Shown in pieces: positions 49,830 to 60,637 of a stretch of 64,000 nt of DNA (position 1 is the first letter of the stretch; each line of letters starts with the position of its first letter). The stretch spans positions 16,176-80,175 of the forward strand of contig CBFDDD010000008.1 of the NCBI GenBank assembly GCA_965603475.1, written 5' to 3'. The notes beneath the pieces are model-generated. The model was not told the DNA's origin and searched no databases. It was given only the letters and a program-made list of their open reading frames with translations. A program made the position numbers and the translations under genes. The stretch comes from an uncultured Myxococcales bacterium (GTDB taxonomy: Bacteria > Myxococcota_A > UBA9160 > UBA4427).

Positions 49830-51051
49830 CTACTTGAATATCGGTTCGACGTGGGTTCCGTACTTTTCGTTGATTTCGTCGTAGATCGGTTCCAAGACCT
49901 CCGGCATGGCGATCACGCCGGAAATCGTGAACTTCGAGAACGCGATCGCCTTCGAGGTATCCGGCGGGTTCTTTTTCTTGAGCGCTGGGCTCGGCCAGAC
50001 CTCTTCGTCGATGGCGGACATCCGCACCCGAATGTCGTCCTTGGTGACGTTCCAGACCATGTAGTCGAGAGCGAGATCGAGCGGCCCGTCGTAGGTCTTT
50101 CGGGCTCGCTTGCGAACCTCAGGCTCGGTGTCGAAATCGTTGTAGAAGTGGTAGCCGACGGCGAGACGCGGCTTTACCAGCGACATCACCTTGCCAAACT
50201 GCTCCGGCGAGGTGTGGCCCTGCGTGCCAACCATGAGTGCTTCCATCGGGGCAAACCCCTGTTTCGTCACGAGAAGGGTGGGCGGGAGAAAGGATTCGTG
50301 GATGGCAATATCCGCACCCTTGGCATGCTCGACATACCACTTGTTGGGGATCGTATCGCTCCCATAGACGAACTTGAGCCCATTCCACTCAAGGATGAAG
50401 CTCACCGCGCCATCCAGGCCGTGGACTGCCGGAATGCTGCGGACAACCACGCCGTTCTCCTCGTAGATCACCTTGTTTACACCGTCGAACGGGAATTCGT
50501 TGATCTCCAGCGCTCCTCCTCGAAAGTCGACTACACCCGAGCGGGTTGCGATGTCCCAGACGTACATCTTCTTCATCAGATCGAGCGCGTGTTGAGTGCC
50601 GTATTCTGGCGTGCCCCCGCTCGGACCCCAGACCCGGAGCGGGGTGAGGCGGTTCATGACCGTGCCGCCGAGCCAGAAAGTGGGCAGGTCTCCCATATGA
50701 TCGACGTGTAGATGTCCGATGAAAACCTTGTCCAGGTAGTCGTAGGGGATCTTCTGGGCTGCGAGCCGTTCGTGGCAGCCGCTTCCGAGGTCAAAGAGGA
50801 ACTTATCTCCGTTGCCCAGCTCGACGAGCCAGCAGGCCGCGGCCTGTTTGGGACGAGCACTCGGCATGCCCGTGCCCAGGGCAACGACCCGCATCTCGTC
50901 CGGCTTGAGATCCTCGGTGCCGGGGTAGTACACGTTCAGTTCGGATTGGGGGACAGCCTTGGTGGGCGACCAGGTGGCCGCCGTAAGCAGGAGCAGGGCG
51001 GCGCAAGCCACAAATCCCGCAAGGGAAGGTCAGTCCAGTTTTCAACATCAT
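49830..51051 (-). CDS. Secreted MBL-fold hydrolase (RNase Z/arylsulfatase-like) with an apparent 1-nt frameshift in the signal peptide
   Basis: LGTG.P, HLHVDH, GSDT, IHE, HT, YH; GGAGA before ATG 51051; frame shifts at the run 51023-51025. Confidence 0.85.
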
Positions 51052-51406
51052 GTGACGTCTCCGATAACTACCGTGTTTTGACATGTCTGCTCTCGCCGTT
51101 TTAAACGAACGCAAGGCACGACAGACCGTAGCCGCCTCCCGCCCAATCGCACCCGGAAGTTGGCAATGACACGCTCCTTTGGGTCATGGACCCCGAATTT
51201 CCTCTCTTAGTCTAGAAGCCTCTCGAGTCCGGATCCTGCTGACGGGTTAGAAATCGGGCACGCAGCGATCGGTTGCAGGGTTCCGCGTGTCGACCCGTTG
51301 GGCGCGCGCCGAGCCGCAATTCTGAGCTCCACGCGACCCATGCGGGATTCGCCTGCAGCGAAACCAAGGTGCGAGCGATAGCCTGCGCCGCCAGGGGTGA
51401 GAGAGT

Positions 51407-52438
51407 GTGACTCAGAGAGAACGCGAGCAGACCAAACGATCGAGTCGACGTACGAGCGACAAGCCGGCGGATTCCAGGTCGGATGCGGAGAACGAAGACT
51501 CGCACGACGCGGAAACGCTTCTCCCGCCCGGGCAGCGAATCCGCCTGCGCGGACGTGGACGAATCTTCTTTCGCGAGCTTACCGGGCCGCCCGGGGCGCC
51601 GGTCGTGCTGCTGCTGCACGGTTGGTTTGCCAGTGGTGGACTCAATTGGGGAGCGACCTTCGAATCCCTGAGTCGGCATTTCCGGGTCATCGCGCCCGAT
51701 CAGCGGGGGCACGGTCGCGGCATTCGAGGCTGGAGCCCGTTCCGGCTCGAGGACTGCGCCGACGATGCCGCGGCGCTGCTCGACGCCCTCGATATCGACT
51801 CCGCGATCGCAGTCGGATATTCGATGGGCGGACCGGTCGCGCAGCTGCTCTGGCGACGTCATCCGGCGAAGGTGGCGGGACTCGTCCTCTGCGCGACCTC
51901 TGGCGAGCCGGTATCAGCAGGGCTCATCGGTCGCGCGGCGTTTACATCTCTTTTGTCGGTCGTCGCAGGCACGGCACGGGTCGGCCAACTCGCGACCTGC
52001 GTCCCGGCCACGATCGCCGGCGCCCTCGTGCGAACCTTCGAGCGCGAAGAACCGCCCCTCGACGTCTACTTTGCTCTCGGCGAGATGAGTCGACACGACC
52101 TGCGCATGCTCTTCGAAGCGGGGGTCGCGCTCGGTCGCTACAACGCCAACGATTGGATCCGCGACATCGATGTCCCGACGTCGATCGTCGTCACGACCGA
52201 GGATCGTGCGGTTATTCCGGAGGGGCAGATGTTCCAGGCCCTCGAGATCCGCGATGTCCGGATCTTTTGTATCGATGACGGCCATGCCGCGATCACCGAC
52301 CCGACTTTTGCGCAACAGCTTGAACATGCCTGTGTCGACGTCGCCGGACGGACCGTAGGGCAGCGATCCCCGCAGCACCGTGCGCGCCGCCGGGAGCGAA
52401 TGCAGAGCACAGTGAACGCGCTGATGGGCGAGGCTTGA
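51407..52438 (+). CDS. Alpha/beta hydrolase
   Basis: LLHG, DQRGHG, GYSMGG, EDR, DGH. Confidence 0.9.
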   Translation: MTQREREQTKRSSRRTSDKPADSRSDAENEDSHDAETLLPPGQRIRLRGRGRIFFRELTGPPGAPVVLLLHGWFASGGLNWGATFESLSRHFRVIAPDQRGHGRGIRGWSPFRLEDCADDAAALLDALDIDSAIAVGYSMGGPVAQLLWRRHPAKVAGLVLCATSGEPVSAGLIGRAAFTSLLSVVAGTARVGQLATCVPATIAGALVRTFEREEPPLDVYFALGEMSRHDLRMLFEAGVALGRYNANDWIRDIDVPTSIVVTTEDRAVIPEGQMFQALEIRDVRIFCIDDGHAAITDPTFAQQLEHACVDVAGRTVGQRSPQHRARRRERMQSTVNALMGEA

Positions 52439-52755
52439 GTACACCCGACCCAGATCGTTGTTGGAAATGGGCGAGCGAAATCATTTCAACAGGAAATCCC
52501 GCCTACTATGTGGATTTCATACGCTCGTTCTATGACGACCCGAATCCAAGGGTGAGCGAATTGCGCCAGATTCAATGCCCCAATCTGGTGATGTTGGGCG
52601 AATTCGACGTGATGTTCACCGAGCCCAGCAATTTGCTCGCGCGTTGCCTGCCGAAGGTCAAGCACGTCACGCTTGACGGCTTGGGGCACATGCTCGCGAT
52701 CGAAGATCCAGAGCGAACCACCGCCGAGATCTTGATGTTTCTCGGTTCGATCTAG
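52435..52755 (+). pseudogene. C-terminal fragment of a second alpha/beta hydrolase
   Basis: L.QI.CP.LV..GEFD and GLGHM..IEDPE present; no GxSxG nucleophile motif. Confidence 0.7.
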
Positions 52756-52967
52756 ACCGTTCCGCCTGACTGGGTCAGGCAGCTGAGTGCCATCTCGAAC
52801 CGCGAATGCAGCAGGGGTTTTGATCGGTAGGCGCTTTCCCGATTGGGCTACGAACTGTTGACGCGCCGCGAAGTCGGACGGCGTCCGTCTGCGAAACCGC
52901 GTGGCCTCTCGACGCTCGACCATCATTCGTCGGCTCGTGTACTGTATCCCGCTCATTTGGGGGAACG

Positions 52968-53861
52968 ATGACTCGCTTCGACAGTATCTACCGACCGGAT
53001 CTCTTCAAAGGCAGGACCGTATTGATTACGGGGGGCGGAACCGGGATCGGGCGTTGCACGGCACACGAACTAGCGAGTCTCGGCGCGACCGTCGTGATCA
53101 GCGGTCGACGCGAGGAAGTCCTGGGCGAGACGGCGGAAGAAATTCGTTCGGACGGTGGGCTCTGCGAGTTCGAGTCCATGGATCTACGAGACGGCGACTC
53201 GGTCGAAGAGGCGGTCGCCCGGATGCGCGAACGCGTCGGCGTGCTTCATGGCCTCTTCAATAATGCGGGCGGCCAGTTCTCGGCCCGCGCAGAGAAGATC
53301 AGCGAGAGCGCCTGGCAGAAGGTGGTCGACCTGAACCTCAATGGGACGTTTCGGGTCACTCGCGCTGTCTTCGATGCGTCGATGAAGGAACACGGCGGCA
53401 CGATCGTGAATATGCTCGCGGACGTTCGGAACGGTTATGTCGGGATGGCGCATAGTGCCGCGGCGCGCGCAGGGATCGAAAATATGACGATCACTCTCTC
53501 GCTCGAGTGGTCACGATTCGATATCCGGCTGAATTGCGTCGCACCGGGCACGATTCTTTCGAAGGGGATGCTGACCTATCCCGAAGAGGTTCAGGAATCC
53601 GCAGTCCGGGGCGCGAAGCGTATCCCGGCGGCACGCCTCGGCACGGAGAGTGAGGTCTCCGCGGCTGCGATCTTTCTGCTTTCTCCTGCCTCGGCCTTCA
53701 CGACCGGCCAGACGATCGCGATCGACGGCGGCTCGTCCTTCCAAAAGAGTCGTCTCTACGGAATCACGAATCACCCGCCGACCAGCGCGTGGAAGGGCTT
53801 CCATCTCGATGAGAGCTGGTCGGGTACGCCCTTCGAAGAACTCGAACGGCCAGAAGAATAA
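52968..53861 (+). CDS. SDR, trans-2-enoyl-CoA reductase/AtuB-like
   Basis: TGGGTGIG, NNAGGQF, HSAAARAG in place of YxxxK, RLGTESEVS. Confidence 0.88.
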   Translation: MTRFDSIYRPDLFKGRTVLITGGGTGIGRCTAHELASLGATVVISGRREEVLGETAEEIRSDGGLCEFESMDLRDGDSVEEAVARMRERVGVLHGLFNNAGGQFSARAEKISESAWQKVVDLNLNGTFRVTRAVFDASMKEHGGTIVNMLADVRNGYVGMAHSAAARAGIENMTITLSLEWSRFDIRLNCVAPGTILSKGMLTYPEEVQESAVRGAKRIPAARLGTESEVSAAAIFLLSPASAFTTGQTIAIDGGSSFQKSRLYGITNHPPTSAWKGFHLDESWSGTPFEELERPEE

Positions 53862-53874
53862 GCAAGCGCGAAGG

Positions 53875-55326
53875 CTATTCGGATCGTTTGCGCGCCGCGA
53901 GCTCTTGCAATATTTCCGAGTGTCGCGCGCGAGTCAGCCGATAGTTGCGCAGGAATGATAGGGAGAGCAGGTAGAGCAGCATCTCGACCGGGCCGACGGC
54001 GAGGCCGAGAGCAAAGAGCTTCTCCGGAGGGACGGACGCCGATGCCGCCTGGGTGGGGAATTCGATGAGGTCGAGCGCCGTTCCGGCGAGTAGTCCACCG
54101 ATGCCCGAGGTGGCCTTCGTCGTGAAGGCGATCGCGGACGCGAAGAGACCCTCCTGGCGTTTTCCTGTCACGAGTTCGTTCTCGTCGGCCGAGTCCGCAA
54201 TCATCGACCCGATTGCAATTCCGATGATGATGACCACGGTCGCGATGATCACGGCATGAATGATGATCAGGGGAAGAATCGCGGGGTGTCCGTTGGGCGG
54301 AAGCAGGCCGAGGAGGCGCAGGTAGATCAGCAGCGGGCCGAAGAAAATTCCGAAGGTCGACAACGCGACTGCGACGCGCCGTTTGCCGAAAGCGGAGGTG
54401 ACGGGCCGTGCGAGCCCGAGTCCGAGTACAACGGCGATGATCATGAATATTCCGAGATTGGCGATCTCGACGGCACTTAGGCCCCAGAAATAGGTGTTTA
54501 CGTAGAGGCCGACGACACCTGTGAAGCCGCCAGCGACGGATGAGAAGAGCGAGCCGATCACTAGCATCCGATAGGATCGATTCCTGAAGACCTCCGTGAT
54601 TTCAGTCTTGAATCGTCTCGATGAGAAGGGCGATGCAACTGGCGGGGAGTGCAGCGAAGGGATTAGTCGATGTGTTCCGGCCGTGCATGCCACGATGGCC
54701 AAGACCATTGCCAGCGCGCCCGACACGGCGAAATTGCCGTAAGCATCTGCATTCAGGCGCCCGTCTACGCCGGCCTCGGTAGATACGAAGAAGACCCGAA
54801 ACGCGACCTGCGAGAATATTCCTCCCCCTAGCATCGCGAAGAGCCAGCGCCAGGTGACGAGGGTCGTTCGCTCGTCGTAGTTCTCCGTGAGCTCGGCCGC
54901 CATGGCGTTGCTCGGAATCGAGTAGAGCGTGTAGGATGCGCGTACGAGAACGGCAAAAGTCAGGAACCAGGCGAAGAGCCCGTACTCTCCGATTCCATCC
55001 GGGGGCGTGAAGAGGAGCCAGAAGCTGACTCCCAGGGGCAACGCCGATGCGTACATGAAGGGATGTCGACGGCCGTATCGATGGTGGAGATTGTCGGAGA
55101 GGGAGCCGACGAGCGGATCGGTGACCGCGTCGACGCAGAGTGCGAGAAAGATCGCGATGCCACTCAGTGTCCCCGAGAGGCCGAGCACCTGATTGAAGTA
55201 GAAGAGCAAGAACGTGTTGAACGCCGCGATCTTGATTCCTTCCGAGACGGAGCCAAAGCCGTACGTCGCCCGGGTGAGTCGCGATAGGTGCGCCGTAGAT
55301 CTGGGTTCAAACGGATGCGGCGTCAT
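53875..55326 (-). CDS. MFS transporter, GPH/MelB family
   Basis: DAVTDP, SD....YGRRHPF, AELTENYDERT, RQEGLF. Confidence 0.92.
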   Translation of the reverse strand: MTPHPFEPRSTAHLSRLTRATYGFGSVSEGIKIAAFNTFLLFYFNQVLGLSGTLSGIAIFLALCVDAVTDPLVGSLSDNLHHRYGRRHPFMYASALPLGVSFWLLFTPPDGIGEYGLFAWFLTFAVLVRASYTLYSIPSNAMAAELTENYDERTTLVTWRWLFAMLGGGIFSQVAFRVFFVSTEAGVDGRLNADAYGNFAVSGALAMVLAIVACTAGTHRLIPSLHSPPVASPFSSRRFKTEITEVFRNRSYRMLVIGSLFSSVAGGFTGVVGLYVNTYFWGLSAVEIANLGIFMIIAVVLGLGLARPVTSAFGKRRVAVALSTFGIFFGPLLIYLRLLGLLPPNGHPAILPLIIIHAVIIATVVIIIGIAIGSMIADSADENELVTGKRQEGLFASAIAFTTKATSGIGGLLAGTALDLIEFPTQAASASVPPEKLFALGLAVGPVEMLLYLLSLSFLRNYRLTRARHSEILQELAARKRSE

Positions 55327-55447
55327 TCGTTCGGAAATCCGATCGCGATTCGGTGCGAGGTCAATCGGGTCAAGAAGGGACGCAAAGTCTCGAGATTCAG
55401 GGTTCTCTGGTGGCTTGGAGGGGCCGCTTCGATCAAGGGACGGACCA

Positions 55448-56821
55448 TCAGGTCCGCGCCGCGGCCTCGAGCTCGACGAAGGCATCGGCCAGCAGGTCCC
55501 GGATCACGTTCACGTCGGGAACCGCTCGAGCACATGCAACGATTCCGACGTCGAGCGCATCCTCGACTCCCATCACCGTGATGTTGAGCGCGGCGCCGTC
55601 CTGGACGATCGACATGGGGTATTCGGCGACCATTCGCGCTCCGCTCATGTAGACAGGGTGTCGAATCCCTGGAACGTTGGACACAGCGACGTTGTAGAGC
55701 GGCGGCATGCGCTCCTGGACGTGGAGGTTCGACATCAACTGGAAGATGCCCGGGACCAGAGCTGCCACGCCGGGCATGGCGAAATCCGTAGGCACGAGAC
55801 CCTTGATGTCCTCGAGTTGGGCCTTCGCGTTCGTCGCACCTTCGTGCACGGCGTCGAGCCTCGAGAGCGGGTTTTCGATATCCGTCGCGAGCGGCGTCAT
55901 CATCCCGATCACCTGGTTGCTCGCGACGTCGTCGTCTGAAGCGCGGACCGAGACCGGTGCGAAGGCGACCAGCGTCTCATCGGGCAGTTCACCCTTGCCC
56001 GCGAGATAGCGACGCAGAGCACCGCCGCATAGCGCCATGATCACGTCGTTGATCGTCACGCCACGCGCCTTCGCAACCGTCCGCACGCGGGCCAGCGATA
56101 GCGAGGTGACCGCGAAGCGCCGCTCGTTCGAGACATTCACGTCGAAGCGTGTACGCGGTGCCGGGGGAGCATTGCCCTCCAGTGAGCGCGCGCCCAGCTT
56201 CGCGAGTGCCCGAGCGGCCTCCGGAAGTGCCCGCAATGTCCGACGGGGCTGCTCGGCGAGATGTCCATAGGCGTCGCGCAGCAGCTCGAAGAATCCCGGT
56301 TCGCGTTCGGAGGGGATGGGCCGTACGCGGGGAGTCGGCTCCGGGTCGGGTGTTGCGCTGAAAAACGTGTCGAAGGTCGCCTGGGCGGCAATGCCGTCCA
56401 TGCACGCGTGGTGGGCCTTCATGAATAGCGCCACCTGGCCGCTGGCTAGTCCATCGATCACGGTGTATTGCCAGAGCGGCCGGGATCGGTCGAGCAGCGG
56501 TGGATAGAGCCGTTCGGCCAGGGCGGTGAGCTGATCGATCGTTCCAGGCGGCTCCAGCCGCTCGTGCCCCAGGTGGTAGTGCAGGTCGACATTGCTGTTG
56601 GCTACCCAGACCGGGTGATCGAGGCCCATCGGCGTTTCGTGCAGGTGCTGGTGCAGATGCGGTAGGAGCGGGATGCGCGTGATGAGGTGAGAGCGGAATG
56701 CGTCGTAGAAATTACGGCCGTCCGCGGGCGGCTCGAAGAGCTGCAGCGCAGCGGCATGCGCGGGCGCGTTCGCCGTCTCCATGTAGAGAAATGCCGCGTC
56801 CATCGCACCCAGTCGCTTCAT
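55448..56821 (-). CDS. Wax ester synthase/diacylglycerol acyltransferase
   Basis: DAAFLYME, LDRSRPLW, HHACMDG catalytic motif, TINDV, SNVPG. Confidence 0.95.
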   Translation of the reverse strand: MKRLGAMDAAFLYMETANAPAHAAALQLFEPPADGRNFYDAFRSHLITRIPLLPHLHQHLHETPMGLDHPVWVANSNVDLHYHLGHERLEPPGTIDQLTALAERLYPPLLDRSRPLWQYTVIDGLASGQVALFMKAHHACMDGIAAQATFDTFFSATPDPEPTPRVRPIPSEREPGFFELLRDAYGHLAEQPRRTLRALPEAARALAKLGARSLEGNAPPAPRTRFDVNVSNERRFAVTSLSLARVRTVAKARGVTINDVIMALCGGALRRYLAGKGELPDETLVAFAPVSVRASDDDVASNQVIGMMTPLATDIENPLSRLDAVHEGATNAKAQLEDIKGLVPTDFAMPGVAALVPGIFQLMSNLHVQERMPPLYNVAVSNVPGIRHPVYMSGARMVAEYPMSIVQDGAALNITVMGVEDALDVGIVACARAVPDVNVIRDLLADAFVELEAAART

Positions 56822-57032
56822 GTGTCTGCGTCTCCGTGAGTGTCTGCCCAGCCTAGCACCGTCCGCTGGGTTTCGGGAACTGGACCTGGCAAGCGTCAGA
56901 ATCATCGTAGAGTGAGGCGGCATGCCCCAACCCGATCGCGCAGGCTCGAATTCCGTGCCTGCACAACGTTTAACTGGACAACGCCTCACTCTTCTGTGTG
57001 AAAACGTTCTCGACTCCAGGAAAGGCCGCACC

Positions 57033-57588
57033 ATGAACCGGGTAGAGCGGATGTCTAGATCTTTCGGGCTCCTCGCGCTGACTCTTCTGCTGGCCGCCCA
57101 GTCCGGCTACGCCGGCCCGACTGACAGAGCGAGTGATGTCAGGGAGGAATGGGAATAGGTTGGCCGAGTTTTTTGGGCCGTCCGGAGGATCCTGGGCAGG
57201 CGGCGTCCGCGGACGCGACATCGCCCGGCTTCTCTCGAAGATCGAGCTTCCGACCGAGTTACCCGAGTTCGACGAATCGACGACTGCATTCGAGAAGCTT
57301 CGGGCGGCTCAGAGTGTCTTCCACATTCGCAGGGGGAATGGGGACGTGGAGCGGGGTGCCGAACTATACGAAGAGAAGTGTCGAAAATGCCACGTGAAGA
57401 AAGCCTGGGGACGCGAGAACTCGCCCCAACTCGCCGGTCAATACACGGAGTACGTGGAAAGTCAGATCGAGCAGTACAAGACCGGCGAGCGAATCTACTC
57501 GGACAAGCGGATGAAGAACGTCATCGACACACTCAGCGGCGAGGGTATCCAGGATCTCCTCGCCTATTTCTCTACACGGGACGACTGA
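57033..57588 (+). pseudogene. Disrupted cytochrome c4-like gene: signal peptide, stop, then one CxxCH domain in another frame
   Basis: Signal peptide ORF ends at TAG 57158; a second frame gives RDIA.LL..IELP, CRKCH, PQLAGQY, axial Met, DLLAY. Confidence 0.75.
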
Positions 57589-57600
57589 ACCTCCCCTCAG

Positions 57601-58671
57601 CTACTTTGCTGCGATTCCAATTCGGTCCCCCGAAAAGGTGCCAATCCAGATCTCGTTTCCAATCTCCAGTGCCATCGTGGCATTGCTGAAAGAGGCATTG
57701 GCCGGGGCCTCTGCGAGATTCACATCTGCCATCGTGTTGGGGTCAACGCTGGCGGCGATGAATCCTCTCGGACAGCTGGCGAATTCTTCGAGGTTCACAT
57801 TCTCCTCGCCCAGCCCGACGCAACCTTTCTCTTCGCTATTCGTGCCGGCCGTCACGAGCGTTCCATCCGAACCCCTATGCACGTTGTCTGGAATGAATGT
57901 CAAGGCCCGAGTAGATCGAAGCAGTGTCGATGGGTTGCTGCGTGAAAAGGCCACGAGCGTTCTCAGACCTGTGGACGCGACGAAGATCTCTCGCTCGTCC
58001 GAAGAAACCTCAATACCGTTGTTGCCTGGCAGTTCTGTTCCCTTCACCAGGGCAAAGCCGCTATCGCCGACGGACCATTCGTAGATCGCTCCGGTCGGCT
58101 TGCCCGCGAACATGTCTTGAAAAGTATCTCCCGGATGCATGAGCACCGTGGCTACCAATGAACCATCAGCGAATGAAGCAACGCTGTTTGCCGCGAGGCC
58201 ATCAGGCATCAGTACGCAACCGATCCAGGTCAGCACGGGTTCTGTCTTGTTCGTATCGACATCAAAAACTTCGATGGCCTCGCGACCACCGTGGCCAACG
58301 ACGTAGAGAATCGAATGACCATCCTCGCCGGCTCGAATGTTCAGACCATGGGTGATGAACGTCTTCGCGGCCGGAGCACCGGGGCAGGCGCCGTATCGGC
58401 CCAACTCCGGGCGAACGTACTGAGGATCGTCCGAGTACATCTGGCGCCAGGTTTTCTGCTTGGAATCAACGAGATAGATCCCCCCGCCCGGACCCATCGC
58501 GCTCGATATGACCCAGTGGGTTCGAGGCACCAGGACAAGATCCTCGGCATTTTGTGGGCCGCAGACATACGTCAATCCGCCCGATGCGGTGCACTCGATG
58601 TCGTCGTCTGCGCGAGCAGTGAGTTGGCAGGCGATCAGAAGGAGCATCACGCTCAGGGGTAGTGATCTCAC
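57601..58671 (-). CDS. Secreted paraoxonase/SMP-30-like beta-propeller hydrolase
   Basis: Signal peptide; NAEDL, HGL, ANSV, NNGI, PDN. Confidence 0.8.
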   Translation of the reverse strand: MRSLPLSVMLLLIACQLTARADDDIECTASGGLTYVCGPQNAEDLVLVPRTHWVISSAMGPGGGIYLVDSKQKTWRQMYSDDPQYVRPELGRYGACPGAPAAKTFITHGLNIRAGEDGHSILYVVGHGGREAIEVFDVDTNKTEPVLTWIGCVLMPDGLAANSVASFADGSLVATVLMHPGDTFQDMFAGKPTGAIYEWSVGDSGFALVKGTELPGNNGIEVSSDEREIFVASTGLRTLVAFSRSNPSTLLRSTRALTFIPDNVHRGSDGTLVTAGTNSEEKGCVGLGEENVNLEEFASCPRGFIAASVDPNTMADVNLAEAPANASFSNATMALEIGNEIWIGTFSGDRIGIAAK

Positions 58672-58837
58672 TTCAACTCCGTGAAGAATATTCTGAAGGT
58701 GGGTATTCGAAAAACAATATCACAGTGGGGCAACAGGCAGGCTCCACCCACGCGCGTTCGAGAACCGTTCCGTACCCAGCTCGAGGCGATTCCGTGACCG
58801 TCTGCCTTCGATGATTCACGCGCAGCCGTTCGGTGGT

Positions 58838-59482
58838 CTAGCCGAGTACGATCGATCCATCTGGACCCACGAGCTTCCCGTGTAGAAGTGGTACTGGCCC
58901 GGTTTCGACGTCGAGAGAGACGCCGAGTGCAGCCAGCATAACACGCACCGACTCTGGGTCCGGATGCTCTGCCGAGAAGCCTTCGATCGAGCATTTTGCT
59001 TTGCTCGTTCCTGAAGGATGAGGCGAGCTTCCCCAATCGATCAGAAAGGGAATCAGGCCGTCGGCTGCGAACGCCGCGGAGACAGTGAGGCGCCAGGTGA
59101 GATGCTCACCTTCGGGCGTATCACGTGACACGTCGATGGCCGGACCCGGATCGTACCCCGCGTTCCTTGCCTGCTCGATCGCGCAGTCGATGTCCTGCGT
59201 GGCTGCCGCCCATGTGATGAGACGAGGTTCTTTCAATGTTTCGAGACCCCAGGGAACGCCGAGTGGAGGATTCGGAGATGAAGGGTCCAGGGCGATCAAC
59301 TCCAGGTAGTGTCCACCCCGGAGTGGGAGGATCGCGTTGTGGGTCCCAATCGATTCGTGACGACCTCCAAATGTAGGCGTAGCGCCGAGCGCCTTGGCGA
59401 AGTCCTTGACGCTGCTCTCGAGGTCTGGCACTCCGAGAACCACGTGATCCAGATAGGCGGTGAGGTTTCGTTGTTGACTCAT
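58838..59482 (-). CDS. VOC family protein (Glyoxalase_3)
   Basis: LDHVV, GGRH...GTHN, YLELIA, PFLIDW. Confidence 0.9.
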   Translation of the reverse strand: MSQQRNLTAYLDHVVLGVPDLESSVKDFAKALGATPTFGGRHESIGTHNAILPLRGGHYLELIALDPSSPNPPLGVPWGLETLKEPRLITWAAATQDIDCAIEQARNAGYDPGPAIDVSRDTPEGEHLTWRLTVSAAFAADGLIPFLIDWGSSPHPSGTSKAKCSIEGFSAEHPDPESVRVMLAALGVSLDVETGPVPLLHGKLVGPDGSIVLG

Positions 59483-59579
59483 GTCATCTCTCCTGAAACT
59501 TTGTTGTCTGCCTCGGCGACATGCATGCCGCATTTCCGAATGAAGGCGGAGGCGTGCTCAAGGGACTCGAGCTTGGCGA

Positions 59580-60605
59580 TCATTTTTCGACTTGTGATGG
59601 GGTGCCCGGAAGGATGATCGACTTGCCGACCACCTCTCGATCGATGAGCTCGCGCATGGATGTCGCGATTTCCGACAAGGGGCGCGTTGCATGGATGATG
59701 GGCTTCAGGTCGCCCGCTGCGACCATCGCCAGAACAGCTTCCTGTTCGGTCGCGAGCCAGCCGTTGGAGCCAATGATGTTCTGTTCGAAGGTCCAGATGT
59801 ACCGGATGTCCGTGGACGGTTCGAAGCCCGCGGTCGCACCACAGGTCAGCATTCGACCGTCGGTTTTCAGGCATCGAAGCGACTGCGCCCAGGATTCGCC
59901 GCCGATATAGTTGATGATGACGTCGACGCCACGGCTAGGGTCGAACATCCTTGGGCGCCCGCAGAGGCCTTGGACGACTTCTACAAAGTCCTCCTCCGAT
60001 GTATTGATCACATGATCCGCACCGATCTCTTTCAGTTTGTCGAGCTTCCATGCGGCGCTCCCTGTGACGATGACCTCGGCACCGATTGATCTCGCGAGTT
60101 GGACGCAGCAGGTTCCCACCCCTCCTGTGGCGCCGAGGATCAGCACTTTCTCGCCCGCCTTGACCTTCCCGCGTGTCGTCATCATGCGATAGGCCGTGCC
60201 ATACGCGATCGGTAGCGAAGCCGCATCGACATCGGATACGGACTCGGGCGTCGCGATGAGATTGGAAGCGGGAATGCGAACGAACTCGGAAGCCGCGCCG
60301 ATTCGAGTCTCGCCCGTCATGCCCTCACCGAGAACGAAGGGATGGGGACAAACCCGATTTCCCACTCGCCAGTTCTTGACGTCGGAACCGAGTTCAACGA
60401 TCTCGCCGGCGAAATCACCGCAAAGCGTCATAGGCAGCGGCGTTTTCAGACCCGTGCTTCCAGAGAGAATCATGGGGTCGAATCCGTTGAGCGAGGTCGC
60501 GCCCACTCGGATGATGACGTCTCCGGGGCCGCAGACAGGATTGGGGACCTCTTCGACTGTAAGAACCTCAACGCCTCCGTGTCGGGCGAATGTCGCTGCC
60601 TTCAT
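59580..60605 (-). CDS. MDR superfamily quinone oxidoreductase-like protein
   Basis: SLN..D, GEKVLILGATGGVG, CGATAG; no zinc-cluster Cys set. Confidence 0.9.
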   Translation of the reverse strand: MKAATFARHGGVEVLTVEEVPNPVCGPGDVIIRVGATSLNGFDPMILSGSTGLKTPLPMTLCGDFAGEIVELGSDVKNWRVGNRVCPHPFVLGEGMTGETRIGAASEFVRIPASNLIATPESVSDVDAASLPIAYGTAYRMMTTRGKVKAGEKVLILGATGGVGTCCVQLARSIGAEVIVTGSAAWKLDKLKEIGADHVINTSEEDFVEVVQGLCGRPRMFDPSRGVDVIINYIGGESWAQSLRCLKTDGRMLTCGATAGFEPSTDIRYIWTFEQNIIGSNGWLATEQEAVLAMVAAGDLKPIIHATRPLSEIATSMRELIDREVVGKSIILPGTPSQVEK

Positions 60606-60637
60606 CGTGGGCTCCTATCGGGTTCGAATCATTGGAC

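Noticed and set aside
49830-51051. Guanitoxin (GntH-like) biosynthesis assignment
   Set aside because: Only family-level resemblance; no other pathway genes present
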